DNA from: Azolla caroliniana
Lineage: Eukaryota > Plantae > Polypodiophyta
Direction of reading: 5' to 3'
Length of the DNA stretch: 64,000 bases
Assembly (NCBI GenBank): GCA_043228905.1
Contig: JBHGNT010000010.1
Location: 5,642,001-5,706,000 of the forward strand
Positions 25,818-38,390 of the stretch are shown piece by piece. The position numbers and the translations under genes are program-made. Every line of letters starts with the position of its first letter. Within the stretch, counting starts at the first letter, position 1. The notes under the pieces were generated by a model that was given only the letters and a program-made list of their open reading frames with translations, did no database searches and was not told the origin of the DNA.

Positions 25818-27644
25818 TGAACAAAGAAAGAAGGAAAGAAAGAAACACGAATGATATCGGCCAAATAAATAAATACGTGTTCGATTCCAACGCAAGATGA
25901 CCCTTTATAAAATAGGGTTTCATTACAATGGCAACTTATAGTTAACCACAAGCTCAATCAAAACATAAATACTAAATGCCCTTAGCGACAAGAGCAAATC
26001 CGAACACGACGAAGATGAACACACGAGCACCACCAAAATGCCAATCCCAACGAACCACAACCACCGAAACGGCGAGCACACGGGCTCGCAGCGACAAATG
26101 GGGCGGAGCAACGTTGAACCAACAAATCTTGGGCTCACGAGCACTTAGAGTGCCGACGCGAAGAAGACAAGCATGTGGCGGTGGGGGGATGAAGGGGTAT
26201 GAGAGGAAGAGAAGCGATGAATAAGAAGATGAAGAGCTCTGAAGGAAAAATGGCGATAGTCTCCTCCTCCCAAAACGTCCTCTCCGAATGAACCCCCCTC
26301 AACCTCCTTTTATAGGAAAAAAGGAAGGGGAGGTCGCCAATTTTGTATTTAATGCAAAAAGGAATAAAATTCTTTAAATCATGTTGCATTATAGGACTAG
26401 ATTTGAACCGTACATCTCTAGCTAGAAGTCAATGTAGGACTATCCACTAGCCCATTAACTCTCTCTTATATAATATACGATTCTACTCTATAAATTCATA
26501 GCATGTCTCCCCTCTACCTTTTATCTCTCCTCTCTCTTACTTTTTGCATGAGCTTCTCTACCTCCTTTCCACCCTTTCTTTTCCCTTTTATTTTGCATAT
26601 GCACAATTAATCGCCTTTGTGTGCACACACATTGCACATGCACATTTTGACCCCCCTTTCGCCGATTTTTCCCACTCTCGAGCACGCCACATCACGACAT
26701 CCAGCCCCACCAAGCCGCACATGCACCGGTATGTGCCAAGAATGGCGGGCTAAGGGTGGTCAATAGTTCATTTCCTCCTCCTCATTGACCCCATGGCTTG
26801 TTGTTTGCTCGCCTTTATCTTCGTCAAGGTCATCGAGGTTTGGCTCCCTGTTGTGTCGCTTTTTGAAGATTTTGACCCGCTTCCCTGCTATTGGTACTGC
26901 CAGCTTAGTCCCATCGAGTTCCGCGAGATGGTAGGTAGCATTATCGTTTGCACTCGTTACTACGTATGGCCCGAACCATCGCTTTGCAAATTTCCGCATC
27001 GAGCTATGTTGATTACCGAGACTACTATCATATACAATTACCCAGTTTGCTTCTTCGATCTTCCGAGGGCGTAGTTGGTGCGTCTTGTCAAACTGGGCTT
27101 TGTTACTTAGCCTAGCCACTTCTAACCTCTCCTTTGCCAACTCCAAGTCTTCAGGTCTTCTCTCAAGTTGCCTTATCCTTGTTGCTAGAAGCTCTTCTCG
27201 ACTCATCTCGTTTTCCCACAGCATCGCTACCCATGACGCGATTGTGTCTTCAATGGGCATCACCGGCTTTTGTCCGTAGATGAGTTCAGCTAGCATGAAA
27301 CCTGTAACTAAGCTATGAGTTGTTCTATTGGCCCACAAGGCATAAGGTAGTAACCGAGGCCAATTCCCGACTCGCCCATCGCAAGCTCTTACAATGGCTT
27401 TTACGATGGGCCCATGTCCGCGTTCTATCTTTCCATTAGCCTCCGGGTTATAAGTGGTTGTGAGAGAGAGCTTCACTCCAAGTCGTTCAAAGAGCTCTGT
27501 AGCTTCGTGAGCGTTCAACTCTCCTCTGTCGGCCACTATCTTTCCCACACATCTGTACCGGCAGATCACATCCTCAAGTAAGAATTTACACATCCCCGTC
27601 GTCGTTTTGTTTGCTAAGGCTCGCCCTTCTACCTGGTTTGTTAG

Positions 27645-27982
27645 TGTTGAGCGGCAAGCTCAACCGGAGCCGGATCGGCTGAATAAGTCGGAGCCGCTAA
27701 GCGAGACGGATCGGGCGAAACGGATCGGTATGACGGTGAGCAACCGAACCGGCAAGCAGTGGAGGCCGGGTGCAATCCGTAACCGGAAGTCCAATCGGAA
27801 GCCTAGTATAGGATAGACTACTAGGTAGCTATAGTCTCGTAGTAAGTGTCAGATGCTCGTGTGAGCATTGAAGTACATGGTACTTCTGTCAGTCCCAAAA
27901 GGACTTGTATAAATAGTGCTACTTAGCACAGTGTGTAGAGAGAGTCTTGATATAATTTTGAAATTGTGTTCTACTCTCTCTC

Positions 27983-28059
<77 letters not shown>

Positions 28060-31000
28060 TGTTCTCTGTTTTACGCTTCCGCAAACACTTACGTTTACAT
28101 GGTATCAGAGTGCGAGGGTTGAGAACCTCTGCTGCAGACATTTACTCTTGACAAGAAAACCCTAACAGGTCGAAAACAGACACAATAGAAGACATGGATG
28201 GAGGCATGGCTACGCCGCTCCCGGTGGAGAAGCTCGACAGGAGCAACTACGCATCCTGGTCTTACAAGATGCACCAGTACCTGCTTGGACACGAGTACTG
28301 GAGTTATGTCGAAGGAGCGAATGATGCGGCGCCAGACTCGGCACACAAGGACTTCCTGGTATGGGAACAGGCGGCAAGCAGGGTGATGTACTGCTTCGCG
28401 TCCAGTGTCGGCGATCAGCTGCTCAGCCACATCCGTGACGCCAAGACATCGAAGGATGCTTGGGGGAACCTGAAAAAGGTTTTCGCCGCAAGCACCACTG
28501 CCCGGAAGCTGCAACTCAGACAGGAGTTGAGCAATGTTCGACAGAAGAACATGTCCGTGGCAGACTACACGGGCCGGATAAAGGAGATCTGCGACTCGCT
28601 CGCCTCTATCAATGTTACCGTAGAGGAAGACGAGATGGTGCAGGTATGTCTCGGAGGCCTGGCGTCCAAGTTCGGAGCGTTCCGGACTGCGGTGTGTACA
28701 AGGGAGAATACCCCCTCATTCTTCGACTTACAGTCGATGCTCCTTGTAGAGGAGAACCACGCCGGTGCATCTACCAATGCATCCCCGGACAGCCAAATGT
28801 TGTACACGGGAACGGATCGGCTCCATGGGCGTGGTGGAAGAGGTGGGTCGGCACGCAATGGAGGCGGCCGGCAAGAGCAGGAACGGACGCACTATGAGCG
28901 TGCCGACAATAGTTCCGGGACTTCCACAAGCAGGAGGAGTCAAGGCGGTGCCGGAGGCCGGCAAGACAAATCCGCTACGGAATGCTGGTACTGTGGCAAA
29001 AAAAGCCACAGGGAAAGCGAGTGCTAGAGAAAGCGTGCCGATTTGGACAAATCCGGATCCGGCAAGACCGGTAAGAATGGCCGGCAAAACTCGCACTACG
29101 CAAACGGATCAGGAGGATCCGGAACCGGAAAGGCCGGTAAGGGGCCAGCCTTGGTGATGAATCACAAGCCAAACTCAATGAAGAAGACCACTTCCAAAAC
29201 GGAGGAAGTGTGGTATGTTGACTCCGGCGCGTCGAACCACATGACGAGCCACAAAGAGTGGTTCTCCTTTCTGGAGAAACCAGATAAACCAGGAGTAGTC
29301 GAAACCGGAGACGACACTCCTCACCCAATCGTGCACGTCGGAGAAGTCCCTCTAAGCCACGTCGGACAGAAAGGGAAGCTGATGAACGTATTACACGTTT
29401 CGACAATCACGAAGAACTTGGTGTCCGTCGGTCAGATTGTCGACCAGGGGATGCAGGTGCGGTTTACGCACCTCGGGTGCTTCATTGAGGATGAGGGCGA
29501 AGTCATTGCGCAAGGGTGCAGAGACGAGAGGATGTTTATCCTCCACACCAATGACTTTGGCACTGCTCTGTTCGCGAAACGACAGAAGGTCGAGTTGGAC
29601 ATCGACCTGTGGCACAAGCGGATAGGCCACGTCAACTACCGGAGGCTTCAAGACCTGCAAACAAAACAAGTCGTTTTCGGTTTGCCGAAGTTCAGCGGCC
29701 AAAGAGCCGAAATTTGTGAAGCCTGCCAACATGGGAAGCAACACCGGCTTCCATTCCCCACCGAACGGAACCGGAGTCGTAACAAGCTCGATCTCATCCA
29801 TTCAGATGTGTGGGGACCGTCACAAAGTGTAAGCCTTGGCGGGAGCCGATACTTCGTCTCCTTCATCGACAACTATACTCGACATACTTGGATCTACCTC
29901 ATTGAGCGGAAGAGCGAAGTCTTCGACTGTTTCCGGAGCCTCCAGAAGATGGTGGAATGGGAATCGGAGAGGAAGATCAAATGCCTTCCGTTGGATGGCG
30001 GAAAGGAATATTTTTCCGGCCAATTCACTAGTTATCTGCAATAGAAGGGAATTCGGCGAGAGTTCAGCTGCAGATACACACCGGAGCAAAACGGTGTGGC
30101 CGAAAGGAAGAACCGGACACTCGTCAAAGCGGCAAGGGCAATGCTGGAGGAGAAGAGCATGCCCCGGTTCTACTGGGCGGAGGCGGTCCAGACGGCCGTC
30201 TACATACAAAACCGCATTGGTGACAAGGTGTCAGCTCATGAGCTGTATTTCGGGCGCAAGCCGAACTTAAGACACCTTCGGATATTCGGCAGCATAGCGT
30301 ATGTGCATGTGCCGGATCAGAAGCGGAGAAAGCTGGATGCAAAATCGGAAAAATGCATCCTAGTCGGTTATGCTCAAGAGCAAAAGGGGTATAAGTGTTA
30401 TAACCCCCGGACGAAGGAAGTCCGAGTTAGCCGGGATGTCGAGTTCGATGAATCGGCATCCTGGTACTCCGTACCGATTCCGACTTCCGATCCCGACCCA
30501 ATGTCGGAAGATCAGGCCAGTGAGCCTGAATCAGCCCTGGCAGAGGATGATGATGCCGGGACTCAAGATGAGAGTCCGGAATCGTTACGGTTGAGTGGAC
30601 CGAACGAGCGACTGAGTCGGTTGGACCAGTCGGATGAAGAGACGGCAAGTGGTGGAGACTCTGTCGTGCTCTCCCCGCACAAGGGACCAAGGAAACGGTT
30701 CACGCGCAAAGAGAAGGGGAAGAGGAAGATGCCGGAATTCGAAACCGGCAACGATGAGTCGGATCGGTGCGTATCCGACTCCGGAAAGGAGAAAGGCGGA
30801 TCTTCGGCAACGAAGACCGAACTGGCCAAGAAGGGCCCCAAATCAGGTGACAGTGCGTTGCGCCGATCAACCCACCAGAAGAATCCCGTCATGCGGTACG
30901 GGTACAATGAATACATGGTGCATCATTAAGCATACATGACTAAGGTAACAGAAGTGCGTGAGCCGGAGAGCTACGCAGAAGCGGCAAAGGACACAAATTG

Positions 31001-33663
31001 GCGTGCCGCTATGGACGAAGAAATGCGGGCACTCGATGCCAACGAAACTTGGGACCTAGTTGATCCTCCCCGTCATTGTAAACTGATCGGATGCAAGTGG
31101 GTGTACAAGGTCAAGTACAACGCCGACGGTTTTGTTAACCAGTACAAAGCCCGGTTAGTGGCGAAGGGATACGCGCAGACCCACGGAATCGACTACGACG
31201 AGACCTTCGCTCCTGTGGCGAAGATGACGACGGTTCGTGTGGTACTGGCGGTTGCTGCGGCAAGGGGGTGGCATCTTCACCAGATGGATGTGAAGAACAC
31301 CTTCCTTCAAGGAGAGCTTGAAGAAGAAGTCTTTATGATTCAGCCCCCCGGATTTCAATCGGAGATGAACAAATCGGCAGTATGCCGACTGAAGAAGTCG
31401 CTTTACGGCTTGAAGCAAGCCCCCCGAGCTTGGAACACGAAGACCACACACCGGTTGCGTAAGCTGGGGTTTGCTGTCTCTAAGTCGGACTCTTCGTTGT
31501 TCATCCGACAAAGCTCTGACGGTCCGGTATGTATACTCTTGAATGTGGATGATTTAGTCATCACCAGACCGGGTCTTCCCGAAATCAACCGCGTCAAGTC
31601 CCAGTTGTCAGACGCATTCGAAATGAAGGACGTGGGGGACCTTCATTATTTTCTTGGGATCGAAGTGATCCAGACCCCCGACGGCATATTGCTCTCACAA
31701 CGACATTACGTGTTGAATATGTTGTATAAGTTCGGCATGACGGATTGCCGACCTATCTCCACACCCCTAGACCGGAACCAGAAGCTCCGTCCCAACTCCG
31801 GACCGGCCTGCAATGAGAAACGGTTCCGACAGGTTGTCGGAAGCCTGATCTACTTAACCATCACCCAACCCGACATCAGCTATCCGGTCGGCATGGTAAG
31901 TCAGTTCATGCAGAAGCCGACCGTGGAGCACCTTCAGTGCGCGCAACGAATATTACGGTATGTCAGCGGCACTAAGGACCGGGGTCTGCTATACCGGCGA
32001 GGTATACCCGAAGAGCTTGTCGGTTACACAGATGCTGACTGGACTGGCGATGCGTCTGATCGCCGCTCCACTTCCGGATACATGTTCTCCATAGGTAGCG
32101 CGGCCGTTGCGTGGAGCAGCAAGAAGCAGCCCACAGTGGCTTTGTCAAGCACTGAGGTTGAGTACCAGACCGCTACCGTTGCCACTTGTGAAGCCATTTG
32201 GCTTCGGCGATTGCTGCGAGACTTGCGGATCGAGGTACCGACCCCGATCCCGATTTACTGCGATAACATGAGCAACCTGCAGCTCGCCAGGAACCCTGTG
32301 TTCCATGCTCGCACAAAGCACATCGAGGTGCACTACCACTTCGTGCGTGAGCGGGTGCTGAGCGATGAAGTTGACCTACGGTATGTTCATACGGATCGGC
32401 AAGTTGCCGACATCTTCACCAAGCCGCTCGGATCGGACAAGTTGCAGCACTTTACCGACATGCTTGGTATTCAGCATCTCGACGTGCCGCACTTGAGGGG
32501 GAGAAGCAAGGGCAAAGTCTCTACCGAAACGGGCAAAGGCCAAAAAATTGTTGAACCCGTCGGTAAGAGGAGAGCCGGAAGAAGAGGAGACAAGAAGATG
32601 AAGGAAGCTGAGTCGACGAAGGAAGTCGACACATCCGAACAGGTCGGAGCAAGCGGCTGTGAAGAAGAGTTGTGCACTCAGGAAGAGAAGTGCATGTTGT
32701 GCGGAGGTCATCATGACGGTACTGACCAAAATGCGGAGTCGAATGAAGAATTCGATTTTGGTTCACCGGCTGAAGAAGCCGAGGGAAGCATGGAGAAGGC
32801 CAAGACTCAGATGTGGTCTGATGTGGTGAGAGGCCTGAAGCCGGAAGTCGAATCGGAGTGTACCGATTCGGACAAGAGCTGGAACGAGTCGGAGACAGCT
32901 GACTCGGACCAACAGATGGATCCGGATGAGTCGGATCGACTGAAGGCCAAGTGGACACGGACACAGCGGAAGTTGATGCCATCGTGGGAGAACCGACAGA
33001 TCGGCAAGCGCCGGAGTCACAGCAACGTGAGTGCTGAGATGGGCCTATTGAGCAAACATGCCGACCGAGAGGGTCGAGGCGCGCAGAACCAAAGGGGTCG
33101 CGGCAAACGGGACCGGACCGGACGAGGAGCGCGAGCAAGGCGGAGTGACGCCAGGAGAAGTCGGTTGGAAGAACCGACTGCCACAGAGATCGACACTACA
33201 ACCCCACCTTAGGTTGAGCTTGAGGGGGAGTGTTGAGCGGCAAGCTCAACCGAAGCCGGATCGGCTGAATAAGCCGGAGCCAGTAAGCGAGACGGATCGG
33301 GCGAAACGGATCGGTATGACGGTGAACAACCGAACCGGCAAGCAGTGGAGGCCGGGTGCAATCCGTAACCGGAAGTCCAATCGGAAGCCTAGTATAGGAT
33401 AGACTACTAGGTAGCTATAGTCTCGTAGTAAGTGTCAGATGCTCGTGTGAGCATTGAAGTACATGGTACTTCTGTCAGTCCCAAAAGGACTTGTATAAAT
33501 AGTGCTACTTAGCACAGTGTGTAGAGAGAATCTTGATATAATTTTGAAATTGTGTTCTGCTCTCTCTGTCTCTCTCTGTCTCTCTCTGTCTCTCTCTGTC
33601 TCTGTCTCTCTCTCTCTCTATGTTGTTCTCTGTTTTACGCTTCCGCAAACACTTACGTTTACA
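27645..33663 (+). mobile_element. Copia E, full length
   Basis: LTRs at 27645-28099 and 33231-33663. TSD GTTAG (27640-27644, 33664-33668); PBS TGGTATCAGAG from 28100; PPT 33219-33230. Confidence 0.97.
28194..33212 (+). pseudogene. Copia E gag-pol: one frame, three in-frame stops (29025, 30042, 30927), long C-terminal extension
   Basis: CWYCGKKSHRESEC, WYVDSGAS, IHSDVWGP, RT NVDD (altered YVDD), YTDADW, ADIFTK. Confidence 0.94.
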
Positions 33664-36600
33664 GTTAGGTCTTCTCTTGCTAGCACCAAATATTTCATTT
33701 GGCCCACTCCCATCAGCATCGAAACCAAATCCACCATCCATTTGAAGTGTATGGTGAGTGGGTAGGTCAGGTGCAACTCGTCCCTATGGCGTATGTTTGA
33801 GTGTATCTGGCAGCTTTCACACGTCCCCACGACATCCTTGTACATTCCTTGCCACCAATACTTCTCCTTTAACTTCTCGAATGTTGCCCACGTTCCTCTA
33901 TGGCCCTCCCAAGGACTCTCGTGGAACTCAGACACCAATGTTGTCTGGTCCTCTTCCTTTATGACCACTTGTTGTGGCATCCCCGTCCTTCTCTTTGGGT
34001 GCCTCCAGAGGAATCCCCCTCGTAGGAAGTACTTGTATGCTTTCTTTCGGACTCTCTGTGCTTCCTCCTTTGACCATGAACTATCCACCGTCATTGAGCT
34101 TAAGAACTTGCCAATGTGTAGCCACTCCCCTTCGTATTCACTTTCGTTGAAGGCGTGGATTACTCGCACATCTCGATCATCTATAGACACTTGGGCCATC
34201 TTAAAGAAGTCAAGAGCGACATCCTCATCTTCAGACACCATGCCACTTTCGCCCTTGAATCTTGCCCTCGATAGCATATCTACCATGGCATTGGTCTTCC
34301 CTGAAATGTGGTGAATCTCCGGGTTCATTGATTTGATGTAAGCAATCCACCTTAGCATAGCTAGGTCAGGTGTTGCACATCCCGAAACCATCCCTAGGAT
34401 TGGAAGGCAATCCGTCTCTATTACCACCCCTGACCTTATTAGGTAATCTTTATCCGTCTTTATTGCGGGCACAATACCCCAAAGCTCACGTTTTACTTGG
34501 GCGTATCCTCGTTGTCACTCACTTAAGACCTTGGCTCCAAACCGGATGGCGTAGCGGGTACCATCCTCTCCTTCTTGATTTATGACCCATCCGATCCCTG
34601 TTGGACTCGTATCTATCGTCACGTAGATGGGCACCCCTTCCTTGTATATGGCTTTTCGTAAAGTTGGTGCCACTACCAACATTCCTTTGAGCCTCTTCAT
34701 CGCCTCTATGTGCTCTTCCTCCCACTTGAACTTCTGACCCTTCTTGAGTAGCCCATACAAGGGCTCGGCTAGGTGAGCATAGTGCGGGATCCAGATGTAG
34801 TAGAATGCACAGGCACCAAGAAATCGTCTCACCTCTGTTTGCGATTTACATTCTTCCCTCATGTCTATGATGGCGTCCACCTTTTCCGGGGACGGCTTCC
34901 ATCCGTACGCCCCGCACAAGTGTCCCACCACAAGGATCTCTGGTTGGCCAAATGCCGATTTCTCACCTGAGAAGGTCAAGCGTGCATCTTCAAGTCTTTG
35001 TAGAACCTTCTCGCAATCAGAGATGTGATATGCCACAAAACGTCTGCACCCATCCTCGTCCAAGGTTTCATCTTTCTCCGCTTCAGAGCACCCTTTTATG
35101 GGGATGTCATCGAGGAACGGCATGGTGATGTCAGGGATGCAATCTCTCAATACCTTGTCCATTGCATTTACCATGTGGGCTATAGAGTTAGTGCCTCCTT
35201 GTGGCAAGGTACACATTCGCACTAGGCTAATAGGGGTCTGCATCGTCGTGATGTCCCTACTCTCCACAACTAGTTGGAATTTATCATACCCCGAGTATAG
35301 ATCACCGATCAAATAAATAGACCTTCCAGCGAAGGCCTCGGCGAATTCGTCAACGCTCGGTCCGACCCTTGCCTTTCGAATTGTCACTTGATTAACAAGT
35401 TGTAGGTCCTGGATGAAGTGTAAGGTGCCGCTCTTCTTTGGCACAGTGAACCACCAATTCGAGTATGGGGCGCTTGATGGCTCGAGGATACCCATCTCAA
35501 TCTTTTCCTTGAGTAGCTCAATCAACTTCGGGATGTGAGCTCTCAGAACCGGGATTGGCTTGATGTTCCACGGTACATGCGGCACCGTAAAGATCACCAT
35601 TGGCTCCACGATCTTAGGGTTTACACACCCTATCTCACCCGACGAGAAGGCGAAAGCCCTTCCATGACTTTCAATCATCCTTCTAAATCTTTCCTCCTCC
35701 CTAGGCAATAGGAAGCCACCCCCACCAATCCAGAGCTTCCGTCGCGTCTCATCGATGAACCGGTGCCCTATGCCTCGTGGGTCCCGCAAGCTAGGATCAG
35801 CCGCTAACCCCTTTATCTGATCCCAACTATCGTTAGGCAATGGGGCAGCCACAAGCTTCACCTTCTTGTCCACAGTCTTGTACTTTGTTTGCACCTTTAC
35901 CGTCCTCGCTTCCTCAATCAACCGCCCAAGCTCTTCGATGGCGGTGTACATGTCAACTGAGTTGACTGGAATTACCTTGTCTTCATTGAGGCCCGAAACG
36001 ACTGCCCTCTCCATCTCTCTTAGAGTGTCATCGAACGAGACCGCCTCCATGGCGCCACTTATGGTGTCATCTTCCCCCAATAAATTACATTGTTTGAGAT
36101 ACCTTTCGTATCTCTTGGCCCTAGACTTATCTCTATCACTTAAACTAGTAATTTTACAAGCTCCATTTTTGGAGAACCAAAATTGTTTCCTATTACATTT
36201 AATAGTTTTACAAGGGTTTAGGATCTTAGTTTGCCTCGGGCTATTACGGCCCCACTCTTTAATAGCCCGCATTAAAAATCCTCGCGGCTCGATTGCGCTC
36301 ATGGTTGGGCCTCACCGTAAGGAATTGGACCAAATGCTTCCCATCTTGGCTCTTAACCCTCGCATATGCCGACCCGTTTTCTAGCACCTTCGTCTCCATG
36401 CGCGCCGTCGTGATGTATGGTTCACCCAAGATGACCGAGTGCGAGGACGTCTCTTGAACAAAGAAATGTTGATCTATTTCTACGTCCCCCACCTTCACAC
36501 GTACATTCGGGCAAGCCCTGTATAGCTCCTCGGTTGCTTGGGTCGCCGCTCTAATCTTCCACCCATGCTTCATGTTGATCTGCCACTTCCCTTTTTTATA

Positions 36601-37970
36601 AAAGTCTGTGGACATAAGCAGACGAAGCGGACTTCCCCTTGAACTTTCCCTTAGAGAGGCTTCCAAGGATTGACAACCAAAAGTCAAACTCTTTCTCCTC
36701 TTGCCTCTTCACCTCTTTCCCCACTCAGATCCTGGCCGACGCGGAGTAGTGGACGGCTTCAACATGTCGTGCTTCAACCTCCTCCATTAGCCTTCTCATG
36801 CCCCCTCAGCCTTGATTCAATCCCAAGGGGCGCCTTGTCTCCGTCGAATAGACCCTATTGTTCCAAAGATAGACAATATCCCTTCTTAGGGCCTCTTGAA
36901 AGTCTCCACACTCCCTTCGTAGGTGGTCGGGGTTGTCGCACCACATACATCTTTGCGCAAACGGGGGACGTCGATCTTGAGGGCTGCCACTCTCTCTCCT
37001 AGCTTGAGCTATTTGGAGATCTCGCACCATCTTTGTGAGCTTGTCAATTGCCGACCCTCCCGACGGTGCTTCAACCACGTTTCTCTCGGGGACGAACCTT
37101 GCATTTGCTGCTCTCTTTCTTGAGGTGCTCTACCACCCATGGGTTCGTGTGTCTCACTAATGGAGCTTGTGGATGTTTGGCCGCTCAACGAAGACCCGTC
37201 GTTCCATTCCCTTCTCTTATCGAAGCGACTACAAACCCGTTTTACCATAGCCCAATCCGTCGTGAGCCCATCATCAGTTTCCAGGAGGAGCCCCACCTTC
37301 TCTTAGTCTCGTGCATCAACAACCTTTATGAATAGTAGGACCTTGCTTATGTCAAGCACCATCCTATCGAGAGACGAGAGTCACGCGAAGCGCTTCTCAA
37401 ATTCTTGTAGAAGTACCATAGTATTTCTCCCCTTGCCGGGAAGCTCAACCCACTCCATTAGATCCCTTTTCGAAATTCTGAGTGAGTCATCAAGGCTGTA
37501 CTTCTCGAGGAGTCTTTCTTCGAACTCCAGTTGCAACAGTTCGCTTGGATCTCGAGTACCTCTGCATGGATACTCGACGTTACCACTATAGCGAATCCGG
37601 TTAGCCGCCTATCTTCGGGGACATTTCTCATAAGCATTTCGGCCTTATAGGCATCCAAGTAGCTCATGGTATCTCTTCCATTGAACCGACCCCTTGTGCT
37701 GACCACTGTCTCTATGGCCCAGTCTAGGCCGGTGATGCCTTCTCGAGCATTTACCAAGCGGTCCACCGTTGCCGCCATCGCTTCAGCGAGTTCTCCTCCT
37801 CACATCTTGGTTCTCCTTCTCGAGCATTTAACAAGGGAACTGAGAAAGGCCGCACGAACAAACAAGCCGACCGAAAGGGTCGAGGAGCGCAAGCGAGGCG
37901 TGAAGCCAAGAGAAGCCGGAACGAAGATCCAGAAGAGCAGGCAGAACCTCAAGTTTAGCTTGAGGGGGAG

Positions 37971-38390
37971 TGTTGAGATACAAGCTCAACATTGGGTGCG
38001 TAAACCAGTGCGTATATTGGGTGCATACACTGGGTGCGCAACGAGAGTTCAATAGTGGTGTGTAAACCGGGAGGCCGTTGGATAGATATTCCACAGAGGA
38101 ATATATTTTGGGAGTTAGTGTAGGGGCTCATTGATGAGCATTGAAGTATGAGTCAGTACTTCTCTCAGTCCGTATGGACTTGTATAAAAGTGCTCTCTGA
38201 GCACATCCTATGTATAAAGTTTTAGAGTATTGTTTTGGAATAGAGTTTTTTGTGTTCTGCTCTCTCTGTCGCTCCCGCGTACGTTGTGTTGATTAAGCTT
38301 TCCATTAAACCTTCCTTGTCTCTTGTCTTTTGTCTTTTATCTGTTGTTACCCGGTTGTGTTTGTTAAGCTTTCGCACCTATTCTTTTACA
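37971..38390 (+). repeat. 3' LTR of Copia A
   Basis: TGTTGAGATACAAGCTCAAC..TTTTACA after the PPT; homologous to the E LTRs. Confidence 0.85.

Larger units (their letters stand above)
26760..37835 (-). pseudogene. Disrupted gag-pol of Gypsy H (split by E at 27645-33668)
   Basis: Knuckle CMWCDNPDHLRREC; protease C-terminal half VILGEPY; RT DLYSGY..LPQG..FLDD; RNase H TIDTSPTGIG; integrase H..H..CESC, VDL..ADRGE..KIER, WFGPY. Confidence 0.9.
24602..37840 (-). mobile_element. Ty3/Gypsy H (no chromodomain evident, FLDD-type RT); 3' LTR 24602-26699, 5' LTR lost; hosts E
   Basis: LTR TGTCGC..CACGACA; PPT-like tract at 26700-26716; domain order gag-PR-RT-RH-IN on the - strand. Confidence 0.88.
951..38390 (+). 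mobile_element. Old Copia A (E-like family), surviving as pieces 951-1147, 22473-23020, 24539-24601 and ~37840-38390
   Basis: The pieces rejoin into one integrase-linker reading: AERKNR..FGSIT|YMHVSKEKRRKFDA..VR|FGYN*YMARHYAYMTQVAEVR, collinear with E 30096-30960. PPT CTTGAGGGGGAG at 37959-37970. Confidence 0.8.

Noticed and set aside
23501-25923. Many overlapping 130-250 aa ORFs on both strands
   Set aside because: By-products of stop-poor tandem arrays inside LTRs G and H.
29025-29027. TAG right after E's zinc knuckle as a programmed gag-pol readthrough
   Set aside because: More simply TGG>TAG. E has two other stops in conserved regions and there is no recognisable readthrough context.
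3995-30929. All nonsense codons arising from methyl-C deamination
   Set aside because: Homologous copies imply TCA>TGA (10690) and TAT>TAA (30927), which are transversions; only some stops fit CHG decay.
32521-33138. 205-aa antisense ORF in E's extension
   Set aside because: Ser/Pro/Arg-rich shadow of a GC-rich sense frame; no independent support.
37738-37835. 21-bp repeat near the H/A junction as templated repair filler
   Set aside because: Both copies read L(L/V)NAREG on the gag strand, so it may be intrinsic to Gag.
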